A stretch of 64,000 nucleotides of DNA from Lama glama. Lineage: Eukaryota. The notes under the pieces were generated by a model. It was given only the letters and a program-made list of their open reading frames with translations. It ran no database searches and had not been told where the DNA came from. Location of the stretch: assembly GCA_028534125.1 (NCBI GenBank), contig CM052832.1:8186001-8250000 (forward strand), read 5' to 3'. Made by a program: the position numbers and the translations under genes. Below, one piece after another: positions 49,000 through 61,339 of this stretch (position 1 is the first letter of the stretch; the number at the start of each line of letters is the position of its first letter).

Positions 49000-49190
49000 A
49001 TCCAGGGCAGGCTGCTCACTGCTCGGCTCATTGCCAGCTGTGTGATCTTGGGTAAGTTCTAGAGACTTTCCAGACTCCAGTTTCCTCATCTGTTAAACGG
49101 GAATTATAACATGGACTCACGAGGTTGTTAACACAGTGAGATTTGGTGACTGCAGTGATTGATGCAGAGGCTGAGCACAGTAGCAATACC
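49000..49190 (+). mobile_element. MIR SINE
   Basis: cagctgtgtgatcttgggtaagtt...cagtttcctcatctgttaaacggg. Confidence 0.85.
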
Positions 49191-50399
49191 CCTCGCCTCC
49201 ACCATCTCGTCTCTGGGCTGAGGCCTCATGTCCCTCATCCTTCCTCAGAGCCCTCCTTGTTGGAGTCTCTGATGTCCTCCGTGGCCCAAGCCATCCCTCC
49301 CCATCGGAGTGAACTTCCTGAGTAGCCAGCGTTTTCTTACCTTGTCCTCCTCTTGCCTCCTGTCTTCAGTGTGTCCCACACTCTGTAGCCTGTGCTCTCT
49401 GACTGCTCTGCCTGTGGGACTCCATCTGGGGCCTCCGAAGCACACTTTCTCTGCCTTTGCCCCAGTGGCAGGAGATGAGATGTAAACACCCCGGAACTGA
49501 GTGTCTGGAGACCTAGGTTCAAGGCAGGCACCCTCATTTTAACGGTTGGGGCAGCCCTCAGCCCTCCCTGGGGCTTCCTGTCTGAAAAGTAAAGTTGTTT
49601 GGGGGCCTTCTCCCAGGGGACCTCATGGTGAGCTGAGGTGGCTCCAGTTCATGGCTGTAATCCCTGGAGAGGGAGGGGTGGGTGAGGCTGGGCAGGCAAA
49701 GATGGAGAGAGAGCTGCCCTCCCTTCCTCCTCTCGCTGCCCCTCCCTCCCTCCCTCCTCCTGTCCAGAGGACTCCCAGGGTCCTTTGCCTGAGAAAAAAA
49801 CTGTCTGCCCTCCCTTTCCCAAGGACGGGGCTTGATAAGAAATTAGGTGAGCAAACCCAGTCTGCATGTCAATCCTTCCCTGCTCTGAGGGGCAAGGAGG
49901 TGGGCAGAGTGAGCATCCAGCCCCGGGAGCAGTCATGTCTAGACCTCCTGCTATCAAGGCAGCAAATGATTAGCCAATTAGCCTAGAGGAAAGCAAGTCT
50001 GGCTCCTGGGGGCTCTGGGCTGCATCTCTCAAAAGAACAGAGGCTTCTGGGAGTACTGGTTAGGGTAACAGGGACAGCTACGGGGCCATGACGAGAGCCC
50101 ATCGGGTGCCCACAGGAGAGGGGCTCTTGTCTGACATTTACAAGGGAGGGGATGGTGGGGAGGGGCCCAGCCCTCAGTAGCCCAGCCTCCTGTGTACAAG
50201 CCCTGCGATGGCAGAGGGGACTCGGCACACAGCCGGTGCTGGCTTACAGTCAACTGCTGGCATTATTACTACTGCTGTTGTTGTTTCTACCATGTACTGA
50301 GCATCTGTGATGCGATGTTATCCCCATGAAGTCACATTGTTAACTTCACTTTAAAGATGGGGAGAAATTGAGTGGAGATTCAAACTCAGGTCTCCAAAA

Positions 50400-50610
50400 C
50401 CTGGTCTCTCAAATATTAAACTTTTCTGTGTTTGTGCCACCTGGGTCATCTGGGGCATTTGTTTCAGATGCAGGTTTCCCAACCACCCTAGGCCTGCTCA
50501 ATCAGGACTCCTTTGTAGTGGGGGGACAGTCCCAGGAAGCTGCGTTCTCAGTGAGCCCCTCACCACCAGAACACAGCTGACTGCATGCGGGAGGTCTGTG
50601 AGAAACTCAG
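50400..50610. mobile_element. hAT-Charlie MER5-like element
   Basis: tcatctggggcatttgtttcagatgcaggtttccc...aatcaggactc...cccaggaagctgc.ttct...tgagaaac. Confidence 0.6.
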
Positions 50611-52594
50611 CCCTGAGACCCTCCCTCACCTCCTCCAGTGTGCCCTAGAGGCTTCCTGGGGCAAGGGAGTGCCACTCCTTTGGGGGACGAGAGTTCCCCT
50701 CAGCCACTTCCCCTTCTCATCCATTGAGGAGCACTCGGTACCTCTGACGTCCCTCCAGAGGCATGGAAATGGTGGAGGGTGGGCAGGCAGGCAGCTTCCC
50801 CGGCAGAGGGGCTCACCAGCCTCATCTCAGCCCAGCTGGCAGCCCTGGCATCATGAATTGCTTCTCTGTATCTGTGACGAGGAAGGCCCAAAGGGGCCAC
50901 CCAGATCCCAGGAGAGGTCAAACCTTCAGGCCAATGGGTTACTGGGCCACTTGTGTCCACGGTCAGCTCAGTCAGGCCTGTTTCTCATCAGCCTCTCTGG
51001 GCCTTAAGGAAACCGAGGTTTGAAGCTGGACAGCAGCCTTGTGGTTTGGAAGTAAGGGGAAGCCAAGTCCTCAAGTTCCCAGGGTCTCTGTATTCATACG
51101 CCTGCACAGGCACCACAAGCACAGATAAACAGACACGTGTGGCTCAGCAGACACACATGCAGCACGCAAACACCCACATGCGTGTGCGCTCAGGACTGCA
51201 GGCCTGAGAGGGAGCCCTGGGCTCAGCCTTTGGCAGCTAGGGAGATAGGAGGGCCTGGTCTGAGGAGGCCTCACCTGGCTGATCCAAGCTTCTCCCAGCT
51301 CCCACCCTTCCTCGTCAGACTAATTGGCCCCCAGGACAGGGAAGGCCATGGGCTTCGGCATCAGCTCTGAAAGGTTCTCCCTTTCGTACCTGACCCTTAG
51401 GGGCTTTCAGGCTGATGTGGCAGTTGGGGGCGGGGGCTCATGAGATGTGAGAAGCCTCCTCTGTCTTCTGTTCCCACACAGTGAAGAACAAAGGTGCCAA
51501 GGATCACTCATCTGGCCTGTGCTGGTCTTACGGGAGTGGGCCAGGCAGTCCCGGGTCAGATCCGACCTCAGACCTGAACCAACCCCTGAGCGGTGCCTTC
51601 TCCCCGGTTAACTTCAGAGATAGGAGCTGACTTCCTCCTGGGGTCCCACCACCCTGGGCCAGGGGACGAGGGCATCAGGGCCTAGGGCCGTGAACACAGA
51701 CCTGGCCATTTGACCCTGCCTCTATGGGGGGTGAGCCCAGCTGACTTGGGTTGGGTCATCTCACCCCAGCCCCCACTTCCCCACTTGGATTTGGGGGCCC
51801 ATGGGCTACCACCAGCCACAACCAGCTTCAACAGCTCCTTGGAGGCTGGGGCTTCCATCCCTACATGGACACGCAGGGCCAGGATAGTGGCAGGTGCACA
51901 GCAGGTGCTCAGCGTACATGGAGTATGCCAATGCACCCTTTTTGCTCCCAATCCTTTTATTTCTCTGTGTTCGGTTTCTTTCTCCCTTTCCTTCCCTTCC
52001 CATGTCTCAGACCTGGGACATCCCCAGCACTGATGAGCCTGCATAGGACCCCCAGGGAGGGGCATAACTTGAGCTTCCAGTGGTTTCCCCATCAGGAGCC
52101 CACTTTCCAATCAATCCCTGAGATAAGGTTCTATTTCCCATCAGCCCCTCTGGGCCTTCTGGCGACTGAGGCTTGAGGCGGGCCAGCAGGATATTTACTT
52201 CTGGAGACGATTTTCCTCAGAAGGGATCAGCACTTCCGTCACGGTCGTCACAGGCAGAACCCCTGCCCTGGCCGTACTTGACTCTGGCCCTCTGCCAGCC
52301 CTCAGCACCCACCCTCTTCCTGGTCTGAGGGCCGCCCTCCTTGGCCAGCTCAGGGAGTCCTGCACTGGTCTGTTCCGGGCCAGTGCTGAGGAGATTTCAG
52401 GCTCTGCCTGCCAGGGGCAGACAGTCTGGCCTGGAAGATGCCGATTTTCCAAGAGAGGTGGGCCTCAGGCAGTGGACTAAGGCTCCGGAGAGCTGGGCAG
52501 ACAAGGCCAAGTGCAAGTCCCTTCACTCAAAGGACTGTCTGTCACAGGGCCCTCGCGCAGGACAAGGGGCAGGTGGTGGGGCTGAGGCTGTGCA

Positions 52595-52830
52595 CAAACC
52601 CTCAGGGGTGGGTTTGGAAGCTCAGCCTCTGTCCCCAGCTGCGTGGGTTTCATTTTGGATCTGAACCTCACGAACTAAAACCTCGGGGCACACAGGACCT
52701 CTGTGAAACGTGGAGGGTAATAGCTCTGCCTGGTGGAGTTGTTTTCAGAATTAAATGAGTTTCTTATGTAAAACACTTAGGAGAGTACCTGGCACATAGT
52801 AAGCCCTCAATTGACATTAGATATTATTGT
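52595..52830 (+). mobile_element. MIR SINE
   Basis: gttgttttcagaattaaatgag...atgtaaaacacttag...cctggcacatagtaagccctcaat...ttagatattatt. Confidence 0.85.
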
Positions 52831-52894
52831 CACAGAGCGGAGTAAGCCGAAACCCACCCTAAAGGGCTTTAATTGACTGTTGACATTTGGTTTC

Positions 52895-53000
52895 CTCCAC
52901 TGGACTCTGAGCTCCCCAGGCCCTTTATCTCCTATGCCTGGCACATCTCAGGGACTCAAAAATACGTGTTGAAAGGATGAACACACGAACGAGTGAATGA
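52895..53000 (+). mobile_element. L2 3' end
   Basis: ctggactctgagctcc...tgcctggcacat...ctcaaaatacgtgttgaa.ggatgaa. Confidence 0.65.
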
Positions 53001-53514
53001 GGGAGAGTAAGGCATCAAGAAGGGAGGCCTCTCAGCAGAGCAGCACCTAGGGAAAGGGCCCCACAGAGGTGGGGAGCAGAGCCTCGGAGGCTGGGAGGCC
53101 TCTGTGGGGCTGGTGTCAGGGTAGGCTGGCAAGGAGAGGCGCCCAACCAGGCCTGAGGGGACAGGGAGGAGAGGGCAGCTGGAGGCAGGCCGAGCTGGCT
53201 GTAGCCTCCCACACAGGCTGGCCGGACGTGTCCCCTGTCCTGGGTCTCAGAGGTCTGGGGCTGGATGGAGCTGCTTCTGAGATGAGGATGGGTGGGAAAA
53301 GGGCAGGGAGAGGCAGCCAGGTTTCAACTCAAACCCATCTTCCACCCAGACATTCATGGGCCATTTATGGAGCCTGGAATTCTGTTGTCATTGAGAGAAA
53401 AACCAGCCTCTTTCCACAGACCCCTCAACTGGTGGAGAAGCAAGTGTTGGAGATAAGGGGATTTTAAACAAATCCACTCCCCGACAGGAGACTTAAAAGA
53501 GGAAAACTTTGTGA

Positions 53515-53615
53515 ATTCTCTCTCTCTCTCTCAGCTTCTCTCTCCTCTTTCCCTCCTTCTTTCCTTCCTACTCTCCTTCTCTTTTGTCCTCCTTCTTTCC
53601 TTTCTTTTTTTTTAA
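53515..53615. repeat. (TC)n and polypyrimidine tract
   Basis: tctctctctctctctc...tttctttttttttt. Confidence 0.8.
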
Positions 53616-54000
53616 AATTCTGTCTTTATTAACAAGCCTCCAATCAAAACAAAGTAAGACAAAAGCTGCCTCCCACACCCCATCACGGTGTCATCCTGTG
53701 CTGAACACTGAGGAACTATAAAAGGGTTTATTGACCCAAAGAGTCAATAAAAGGGTCACCCTGTCCATTCTTCTGCCCCCCACTTGTAACTGCATATAAA
53801 TCTCCACAGGTGATGCCCTGTTTCCCTCAGAGGTGCCCTGTGGCCTCTGCTCTGGCCCCTACCTCTGTCTAGCCATCAGACCGAGCTCTAGGGAATGATC
53901 CCCGGGCAACAGAAGGCCCAATGCTAAGTGCTGACCACTGACCCACAGAGGAGATGAAGATGAGCTGGGCGCAGGTCAGGCTGGATGGTGGGGAAGGTGT

Positions 54001-54091
54001 CACTGAAGGGGAGGCACAGCCCTGTCCTCAGGGACCCCCCAGTCAGAGGGGAGACACAGCCCTGTTCTAGGAAGTCCCCAGTCTGAGGGAG
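54001..54091. repeat. Second array of the ~39-bp unit seen at 40431-40593, ~2.3 copies
   Basis: Units start at 54001 (cactgaagg), 54040 (cagtcagagg) and 54079 (cagtctgagg); the first two contain cacagccctgt. Confidence 0.7.
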
Positions 54092-54899
54092 TAGGTAGAT
54101 AATTGCACCACAGATATGAATCTGTTTTTTACTTTTGGTGCAGAATAGCCGGATGTTGGGTGGGATGGGACCCCAAATCTGTATCACCAAGTGGGTGAGA
54201 ATGTGTGTGAAGCTGTCAGGTCAATGGGCAGTTGGGAAAATCTGTCTTAGTTTCCTCTATCCCTTCTCTGTCCCCAGCCTGACTGACCAACAGGTAGGGC
54301 CAGTGGAATCCAGTGACTTCTTGGGGCAAGGGAGAAGCAAGAGGTTAGGAGAGGCCTGCTGAGTGGCTCTCTGGTGTCTGGCAGGCAAGTGACCATAGGA
54401 GATAAGGGGCAATCAAGCCAGCTCATTTAGTGGAGAGCCTGTCGGTGCCAAGCTGAGCCCTGCACGGCCCAGGATGTGTGTGGGGAGGTGGGGGAGTGGG
54501 CACAAGGTCAGGGCTGGTGGACAAGAGGACTTCCGAGGCGGCCCCCAGTTCCTCCTGTCTCTGTCCAGGTGGAAACATTCCCATTCCCTGACACCAGAGC
54601 ATCTCCAGTGGGACCTCATTAAGATGGAGATGGTGGGGAGGGAATTGAGGTGGGCACTTAACTCCTCCCTGGTCACATCATATTGAGTGCAAGCTGACTG
54701 GCAGCTGACATGTCCTTTGGGTCCTCATTGAAGCTCCTGTGAATTTGAGGCCTGAGGGAGGCTTCCAGGGGAAGAAAAGTGTGAGCCTCAGGGCGGCGGA
54801 GTTGGCTGTTGCCTTTCCAGGACAGGAAGATCCCCTCTGGGGCCCGGATGATGAGCTGGGATTGCTACCATGCATTGCATTTGCAAAATCCAAAACTGG

Positions 54900-54995
54900 G
54901 AAGACACTTGTGGTACAGAAGGGGAAACTGAGGCTCAAGGAGGGGAAACTGAGGCTCACGGAGGGGAAAGGCCTTGCCTAGGGTTACACAGCACT
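54900..54995 (-). mobile_element. MIR core with an internal 21-bp tandem duplication
   Basis: aggggaaactgaggctcaagg / aggggaaactgaggctcacgg / aggggaaa at 54920-54969. Confidence 0.8.
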
Positions 54996-56999
54996 TGAAA
55001 ATTGCCAGCTGTCTCCCTGCTCCAGGCTGCACAAGCAAAGCAAAATCAAGCTTCCACTCCGCTTTGTGCATGCGTACACTCGTGTATGTGCATGTGTGCC
55101 GTGGGGTGTGCTCTGCAGGCCCAGAGACAGCAGCCGGGCCCTGGAAGGGGTCCCAAGCCCAGCCCTGTGCAGGCCCCTGACCCTCTGGTCAGAGGAGGCA
55201 ACCCACATGGGATGGCCCCCAGACTTCCAGGCGACGCTCACTCATCACTCCATTAGTGCTCTAACCGACAGTCTGCAGGCGGTTCTCATTCTGTTCTGGC
55301 GCTCCCCTAGGCCCTGCAAGAGCAAGGAGGACACAGCTCAGCTTACGGGTCCTCAGGGACCGCCTGGCTCACAGCAGCTTCAGCCAGAGCACAATATGGT
55401 CAGGCAAGCAGATTGGCTCTCGGGAAAATCACATCATCCTTTACCAGGCAATGCTGCAGAGAAACACTGAGATGGTCTGCAGCTGGGCATGGTCCCTGCC
55501 CTGTCTTCCCTTCCAGAAGGGGGAGCAAAAGGCATGGGGACAGCCAGCTGGGGGGAGGGGAGCAATGACATAAATCAAAATGCTTGAAATGAATATGGAT
55601 AGGAGCATGCTTTATGAAAACATGCACAAATAGGCATGCAAATCTACCCCAGAGTGGGGAGGACACGTGCAAATCAGGGCTCCAGAAAGTCCTGACAATG
55701 AGGCTCTGTTCTAATGAACGGGACCCCGGGATCCCCACATATGCCCTTGCACAGAGCTTGGATCTTCCTGCTCGACCAGAGTCCCAACTCTCCCACTCCA
55801 TCCCTTCCCTCTGCATTGTGTGGTCTGGCCCCAGGTCACTCAGGGGCTGGGGCAAGAGCACAGGTTGGCCCACTGCAGCCTCCCACAGGGCCTAGCTTCC
55901 CCCTGCCTGCCCCAGGCTGCACTGCTAAATGCCTTCCAACTCCTAACCACTGTCCCCCTCCCAATGGCTGGGAAGGGCCTGTGGCTGCCTGCCCCCCACA
56001 ACCACAGTCTCTACCCAACGCTTGGCCTGCCCCCCAAAAGGGGACTCAAGACACTGGTCTGTCCATTAGAGAGATGGCCTCCTCCAAGGACACTCCTGTT
56101 GTTTCCAGCAATGCCCAGCACACAAAAGATGCTCAGTAACAGATGCATGGTGGAATAAATGAACACACAAATGCAAAATTTGAATGCAGAGTCACTTCCC
56201 TCTGGGGACTATCATGTTCCCATGCTGCTTCTTGCCCAGTATTTTTTGCAGCTGCTTGTGTATTAGAGCTGAAATGTCCGTGCTCTTTTCTCATGTCCTC
56301 AACCAGCCTGAGCTCACCAAGGGTAGGAATGTATCTTGGTCCTCTCTTTTGTCTGGGAACATTCCATGAGGGGCACTCACATCTTGGTTGACTCAATGAA
56401 CATATGAACATGTGGTCTAAACATGCCTGCTTCCCTCTCCCCATCGCCAGGACCATGAGTGCCTGGAGGGTGCGGACAGGCTCCCTTGTCTGGAGAGCTC
56501 AGGGCCTGGCTCAGAGCAGGCACTCACTACACATGGGACAGACGGGTGCGTGACTGGGGACCTCTGGGTCTCTGACCTGCTGACAGGTCTGTCATTCCTT
56601 TTAGACTATGAGGGGCTTGACTCCTGGGCAAATAAAGGGTGCAGTGAAGGGATGAACAAGTGAATGAACGAGTGAACCAATAGTGAGTCATATTGGGGGG
56701 TCTGAGGAGGCTGTTGTCTGCTGAATAGTGTCACTGTCCCCAGCCCAGGAGGCCCAGCATACATACGTGTCCTGTGCTCAGATCTGAGCTCCTCTCCCAA
56801 TTTGTCCCCTGGGACCTGCTCCAGAGTCCAAGCCTCTGCTCCTACACCACTCCTCATTCCAGCCCCCTCCAACAGCTTTCATCCCCCTCTCCAACTCTTC
56901 CTGTGGCCTTGAACCCACCTGTCCAGCTATTTGACTTAGAGCCCGATAGCCTCTAGGTGGCTTTTTCCTGCCTTTCTTTGATGTTTCCAGGTCAAGTGC

Positions 57000-57195
57000 A
57001 GCTCTGAAGCCAGCCAGACTTTCTGAGCTTGGGTCTTCCTTCTGCTATCTACCAGAGGACAGGAGACTGAAACTTCCCCAGCCTCAGTTTTCTCATCTGC
57101 AAAATGGGAATAATACCAGCTGTTAGGAGGATTAAGTGAGGTTCTAACTTGACTCCTGGAATGGACCCAGGTGCTCAGTCAAGTACTCAGTACTT
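57000..57195 (+). mobile_element. MIR SINE
   Basis: gcctcagttttctcatctgcaaaatgggaataatacc...ggaggattaagtgag. Confidence 0.85.
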
Positions 57196-59159
57196 GGGGC
57201 TTCCCCTTCCTCCCCTCCTTGTCACTGCCACCCCCCATGGGACCATGGTTTGCGGAGCCAAGGAGAGCCCCCCTACTTTCCAGGAACAGGAGTAAAGGAC
57301 TCACTCCTGTAGGAAGTGGAGACCTGGAGCTGGCTTGGGAGGCCCCAGCCCAAGAGCAGAGAAGGAATCGGGACCATTAAAGCCAGAAAAGGAGAGGTGC
57401 CCTAAGAGAGATTAGGAACTGGAACCTACGAGTGAAGCATTCCAAAGGAACAGCTAAAACTGAAACAAGAGAGCTTGAGGTTAGCTACAAGAAAGGACTT
57501 CCCAATAACGGAGGTTGAGGGAGAAAGCCCATTGGCTGTGGCAGGAACTGAGGCTTTTCTGCCTGGCGTTTAGGGCTCTTTGAGAAAAAAATAGTTTGTA
57601 TTTATCTTCTGCTTCCACGTTTTTAAAGTGTTTGCCTAATCCTCATTTTATTTCATCCCCATAATAAGCCCTTAATATGTGGCAACAGTGTCATTTATTA
57701 AATAGATGGGGCAAGCTCTGTGTGGGAGGGAAAGTTCCAGACACCACAGGATGGCCCAAGGTTGCCCAGCAGAGGGTCAGGGAACTGGGGTGAGAGCTCT
57801 CTCATGAGTGAGCCCGGGGAACTGGTTTCCTTTCATCCTTTCCAGGGTTTGGTAAGTCTGGCATATTTTTTTGAAGCTGAGGTTTAATGCTGATTTATTT
57901 GCCTACGTTAAAAATGGGAAGTGGAGGGTGGGGCTGTTTTCCCAATTCTACAGAGAGCAGGGGGCCTGAGTTTGTCCTTTTACCTCTGGAGCTGGACTGG
58001 GACGGTGTGGAGGGCAGTGGGGAGGACTCTCTCTGAGGCAGGAAAGGGAACATCAGGGTAGGGAGGACAGATTGGACCTCCAAGCTTCTATCAAAGGCAG
58101 ACACCACTTTGACCCCATCTGGGCGGCCCTCCTTCCCCCCTACCCCACCCATGTGGCCAGACTCCCAGCCCGGCCCATCTCTGCCTTGCCCCAAACCTGC
58201 AAACAATGCGTTGTTGACAATCCAAGGGGGCTAAACACTCGATAACACGGTCCCCACCACACCAGACATCCTAACAGCGGGCAGGGCTCTGTGCTGTGAC
58301 GGGAAGATGCTTTGAATACATCATCCTGTCAACTCAGTTTATTATTCTTTCGCTCAAGATAAACTGCAGCCGCCAACGAGGGGCTGTATAAATTCCAGGC
58401 TCAGAAGTCAGGCAGGCCCCCCTCCTTGTTAAACACTCACTCACACACACGCACACACATGCACTACACATAAATCCTGCTGAGAAAACCCCGCCCTGCC
58501 TCAGCCCCACAGGTTTCCCTGGGGGCTCAGTAGCCTCCATCTCATGGGGTGGTCCCAGGAGCAGCTGCAGACATCAGGGGACCCAAGGCTCGGGCCTCCC
58601 CTTGAGCCACTTCCCTGGCTGGCCTGGAGCAGACTCACCCTGGGGGCCAGGGAACTTCTCCTCACGGGAGCCAGCTGTGCCCCAGTCAAGTCCAGCCTCT
58701 TAACTCCTGGACTTCTGTCTGTCCAAAGCTGCAGCCCCGTGTGGGTGGCCAGAGCACCCACATGGCTGTGTCGTGGAGGGGAGAGTTTTCAGACTTCAGA
58801 GCTGACGGCCAGGCCCTAGACCCTGATGAAGACTTCAAAAGCAGCTAGCATCCACCCTGAGGGGAAGGGGACTCCATGGACCACCTGATCCCTGCCCCAC
58901 CCCCACCCCCCCTCAACACACACACAGAGGAAGTGCTGAGGAACGCATGTCATCATTGCCATATGCTGGCCAGAGAAGGGGTCTCTGCACTCAGAGCACA
59001 AGCCCAGTCCTTTCCTCCTATGGTCCCTGGGTATTTGCAATTGAAAGGGAGGGATCCTGTGGGCTTTATTTCAGTCTTGCCCTGTCTCACTTGGGGGCTT
59101 AGAATGAAAACAAAATAAGACTAAACCCCATGCTGGGTGCAGGGAGGATGAAGGGAGGT

Positions 59160-59330
59160 AGCAGGATGCAGTGGAAAGAATAGGAGCTTTGATGATCAAC
59201 GTAGGTCTGGCTCTCCAACCTCAGTTTCCTTCTCTGTAAAATGGAGAGAATCATTTCTATCATGCAGTGTTGTCACAAGGGCTGGAGGCCAAGCATGGTG
59301 CGTAAAGTAGGTGTTTGTGTCAGTTTCCCC
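59160..59330 (+). mobile_element. MIR fragment
   Basis: cagtggaaagaat...cctcagtttccttctctgtaaaatggag. Confidence 0.75.
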
Positions 59331-61339
59331 GTTCACAGTGTCCTCTTCCTATTCTCTTCCAGGACCAGGAGAGAACAGTATTATCCCAATTCTATGGGCG
59401 AGGAGGCTAAGCCTTCAGGTAGAGTCCAAGGCAGCTCAGATAGGAACTCATCTCACTCTTAACTCCAAAGCATGATTATCACAATTATTTAGCACCTGCT
59501 GCATGCAGCGGACTGTGCTGGATGTTGAGGGAATGTATAGAAGAGCTTCAACCTGAGGCTATCCCCTCTGAATGCAGGCTCTGTCAGGGCAGGGATCTGT
59601 CTGCCTTCAGCAAGGCCCCTCCCCCCCGTCCAAGAGGACCCCGGTACTAGCAAGCGAAGCCCTGGATTTGAGGTGTGAGGATTGGTCTCAGCACTTTTTA
59701 AGCCACGTGACTCCAAGCAGATCTTTTGATCTTGCCAAGCCTCATTTTCCTTGTCTGTGAAATGGCCACAGGGTGGGATCTTGGGAAGCAAGGACCTGGC
59801 CAATTCCAAGGGCCTGCTCAGAGAGAGGTCCTCTTACTATCCCAAGGCAAGACATCAGAGGTCCTGCTCATGTGGAAGCAAATTCCTGCCCCCACCAGCT
59901 GGATGGCTGCCACCCACATACTGGTCCCCAACAACTGGTCCGAGGATCATCCCAAGTGTTTGGGACCTACCACTTCCCCTTCCCCAGGAAGGACAACAAG
60001 CAGGTAGAGGAACTGGCCAAGCTGAAAGAGGCTGACTGTGTGCCAACCCCAAGTCCCTACTCCCTAAACCCCTCTCCCTGTCACCAGCACCCAGGCCTCC
60101 CCAGAACTCAGAGCTGGGGTTTGGAGCAGGTGCCTTGGAGTGCTCCCCAAACAGTATTCATAGGACCAGGAGTTTTGGGTTATTCCAGAGGATACTGTTT
60201 GAAGAGAGGACCCAGAATGAATATCTAGAACCCAAATCATCTGGCCAGGTGTCTTTGGCGAACTGGTAAGTTATGCTTTGGAGGCTGCCAAGGGTATGAT
60301 GGCCCAAAGCCTGCCCCACCCCCGAAAATAAAACTAATTTGATTTGTTTCATATCTTGGGCTCCACCTAAGACCTGATTGAATGGAGAATTCCACTTCTC
60401 TCAAGCAAGTGGGGAATTCCCTAATGGAGTTCAACCCTCTCATTTCACAGACAAAGAGACTAAGGTTCAGGGAGACTGCAGCCACTCAGAGACCACAGAA
60501 GAGCTGGGGTTAGGCTCCTGGTAAAGACCAAATGTGGGACACAGCTCAGCCCCCAAGGGTGGGGAAAGAAGGAAAGGATATACTTTACAGGATGAAGTAG
60601 GACCACATGAGCTGTCTGACCTCGGGGGGGCGTGTTTACACTCTGAGCCCCAGTTTCCTGTCTGATCAAATGGGAGCACCATACCTGTTCTGGGTTTTGC
60701 CGTTGCTGGGAAGGGTATCTAAGCAGTCTGTCTCTGCTGATATTTTGGCTCAGCTCAGAAGCAGACAGGTACCAAGGACAGATGCCTGAGTGAGGTCACG
60801 ACTTAGGGATCTAATGTCATCCTGACATGGGAGCAGAGTGGTCACCTGCTTGAGCGATGTGGACACAAGGACAGTTGCCTCACCAACAGGAGGACATGCA
60901 TGGAGCTCCTGAGAGGTGGAAAGAGGCCTCCAGGTGGCCCCTTCCCTGTCGTCACCTCCTCACATCCAGCTTCTGCTGACTGAGGGAGTGGGGAGATTGC
61001 AGCCGATAAGGTGAGGGCCTGCTGTGCTTAGCTCAGGGCAGCCACCCCACTGCCACGGCCCACCTGGGGATCTGCCCACTCTGGGGGGCAGCCTGCACTG
61101 GGAGGGGGGTGGCTTCAGAGACATCTTTCTCCCCAGGGTCAGGGGCTTGTGGAAGTGTTTTCTAGGAAGTGTTCAAAGCTGATGGGGCTAGTACTTCCCT
61201 GGCTCCTGGGCTCAATACACAAAATCAGATGACACAAATGATTAAGTGAAAGAATGGACAAGTTTTCCATACTTCATCTCCCAGACCAAGGCCTCAGGCT
61301 CCATCTGCCTCTTCCCCAATGTGGGAAAAGTCAGCAGGT

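Noticed and set aside
56405..56430. p53/p63-like pair gaacatgtgg-tct-aaacatgcct
   Set aside because: 3-bp spacer and an imperfect first half-site; not distinguishable from chance
60925..60942. CTCF-like motif ggcctccaggtggcccc
   Set aside because: Two mismatches to the core; single-motif evidence too weak in GC-rich sequence
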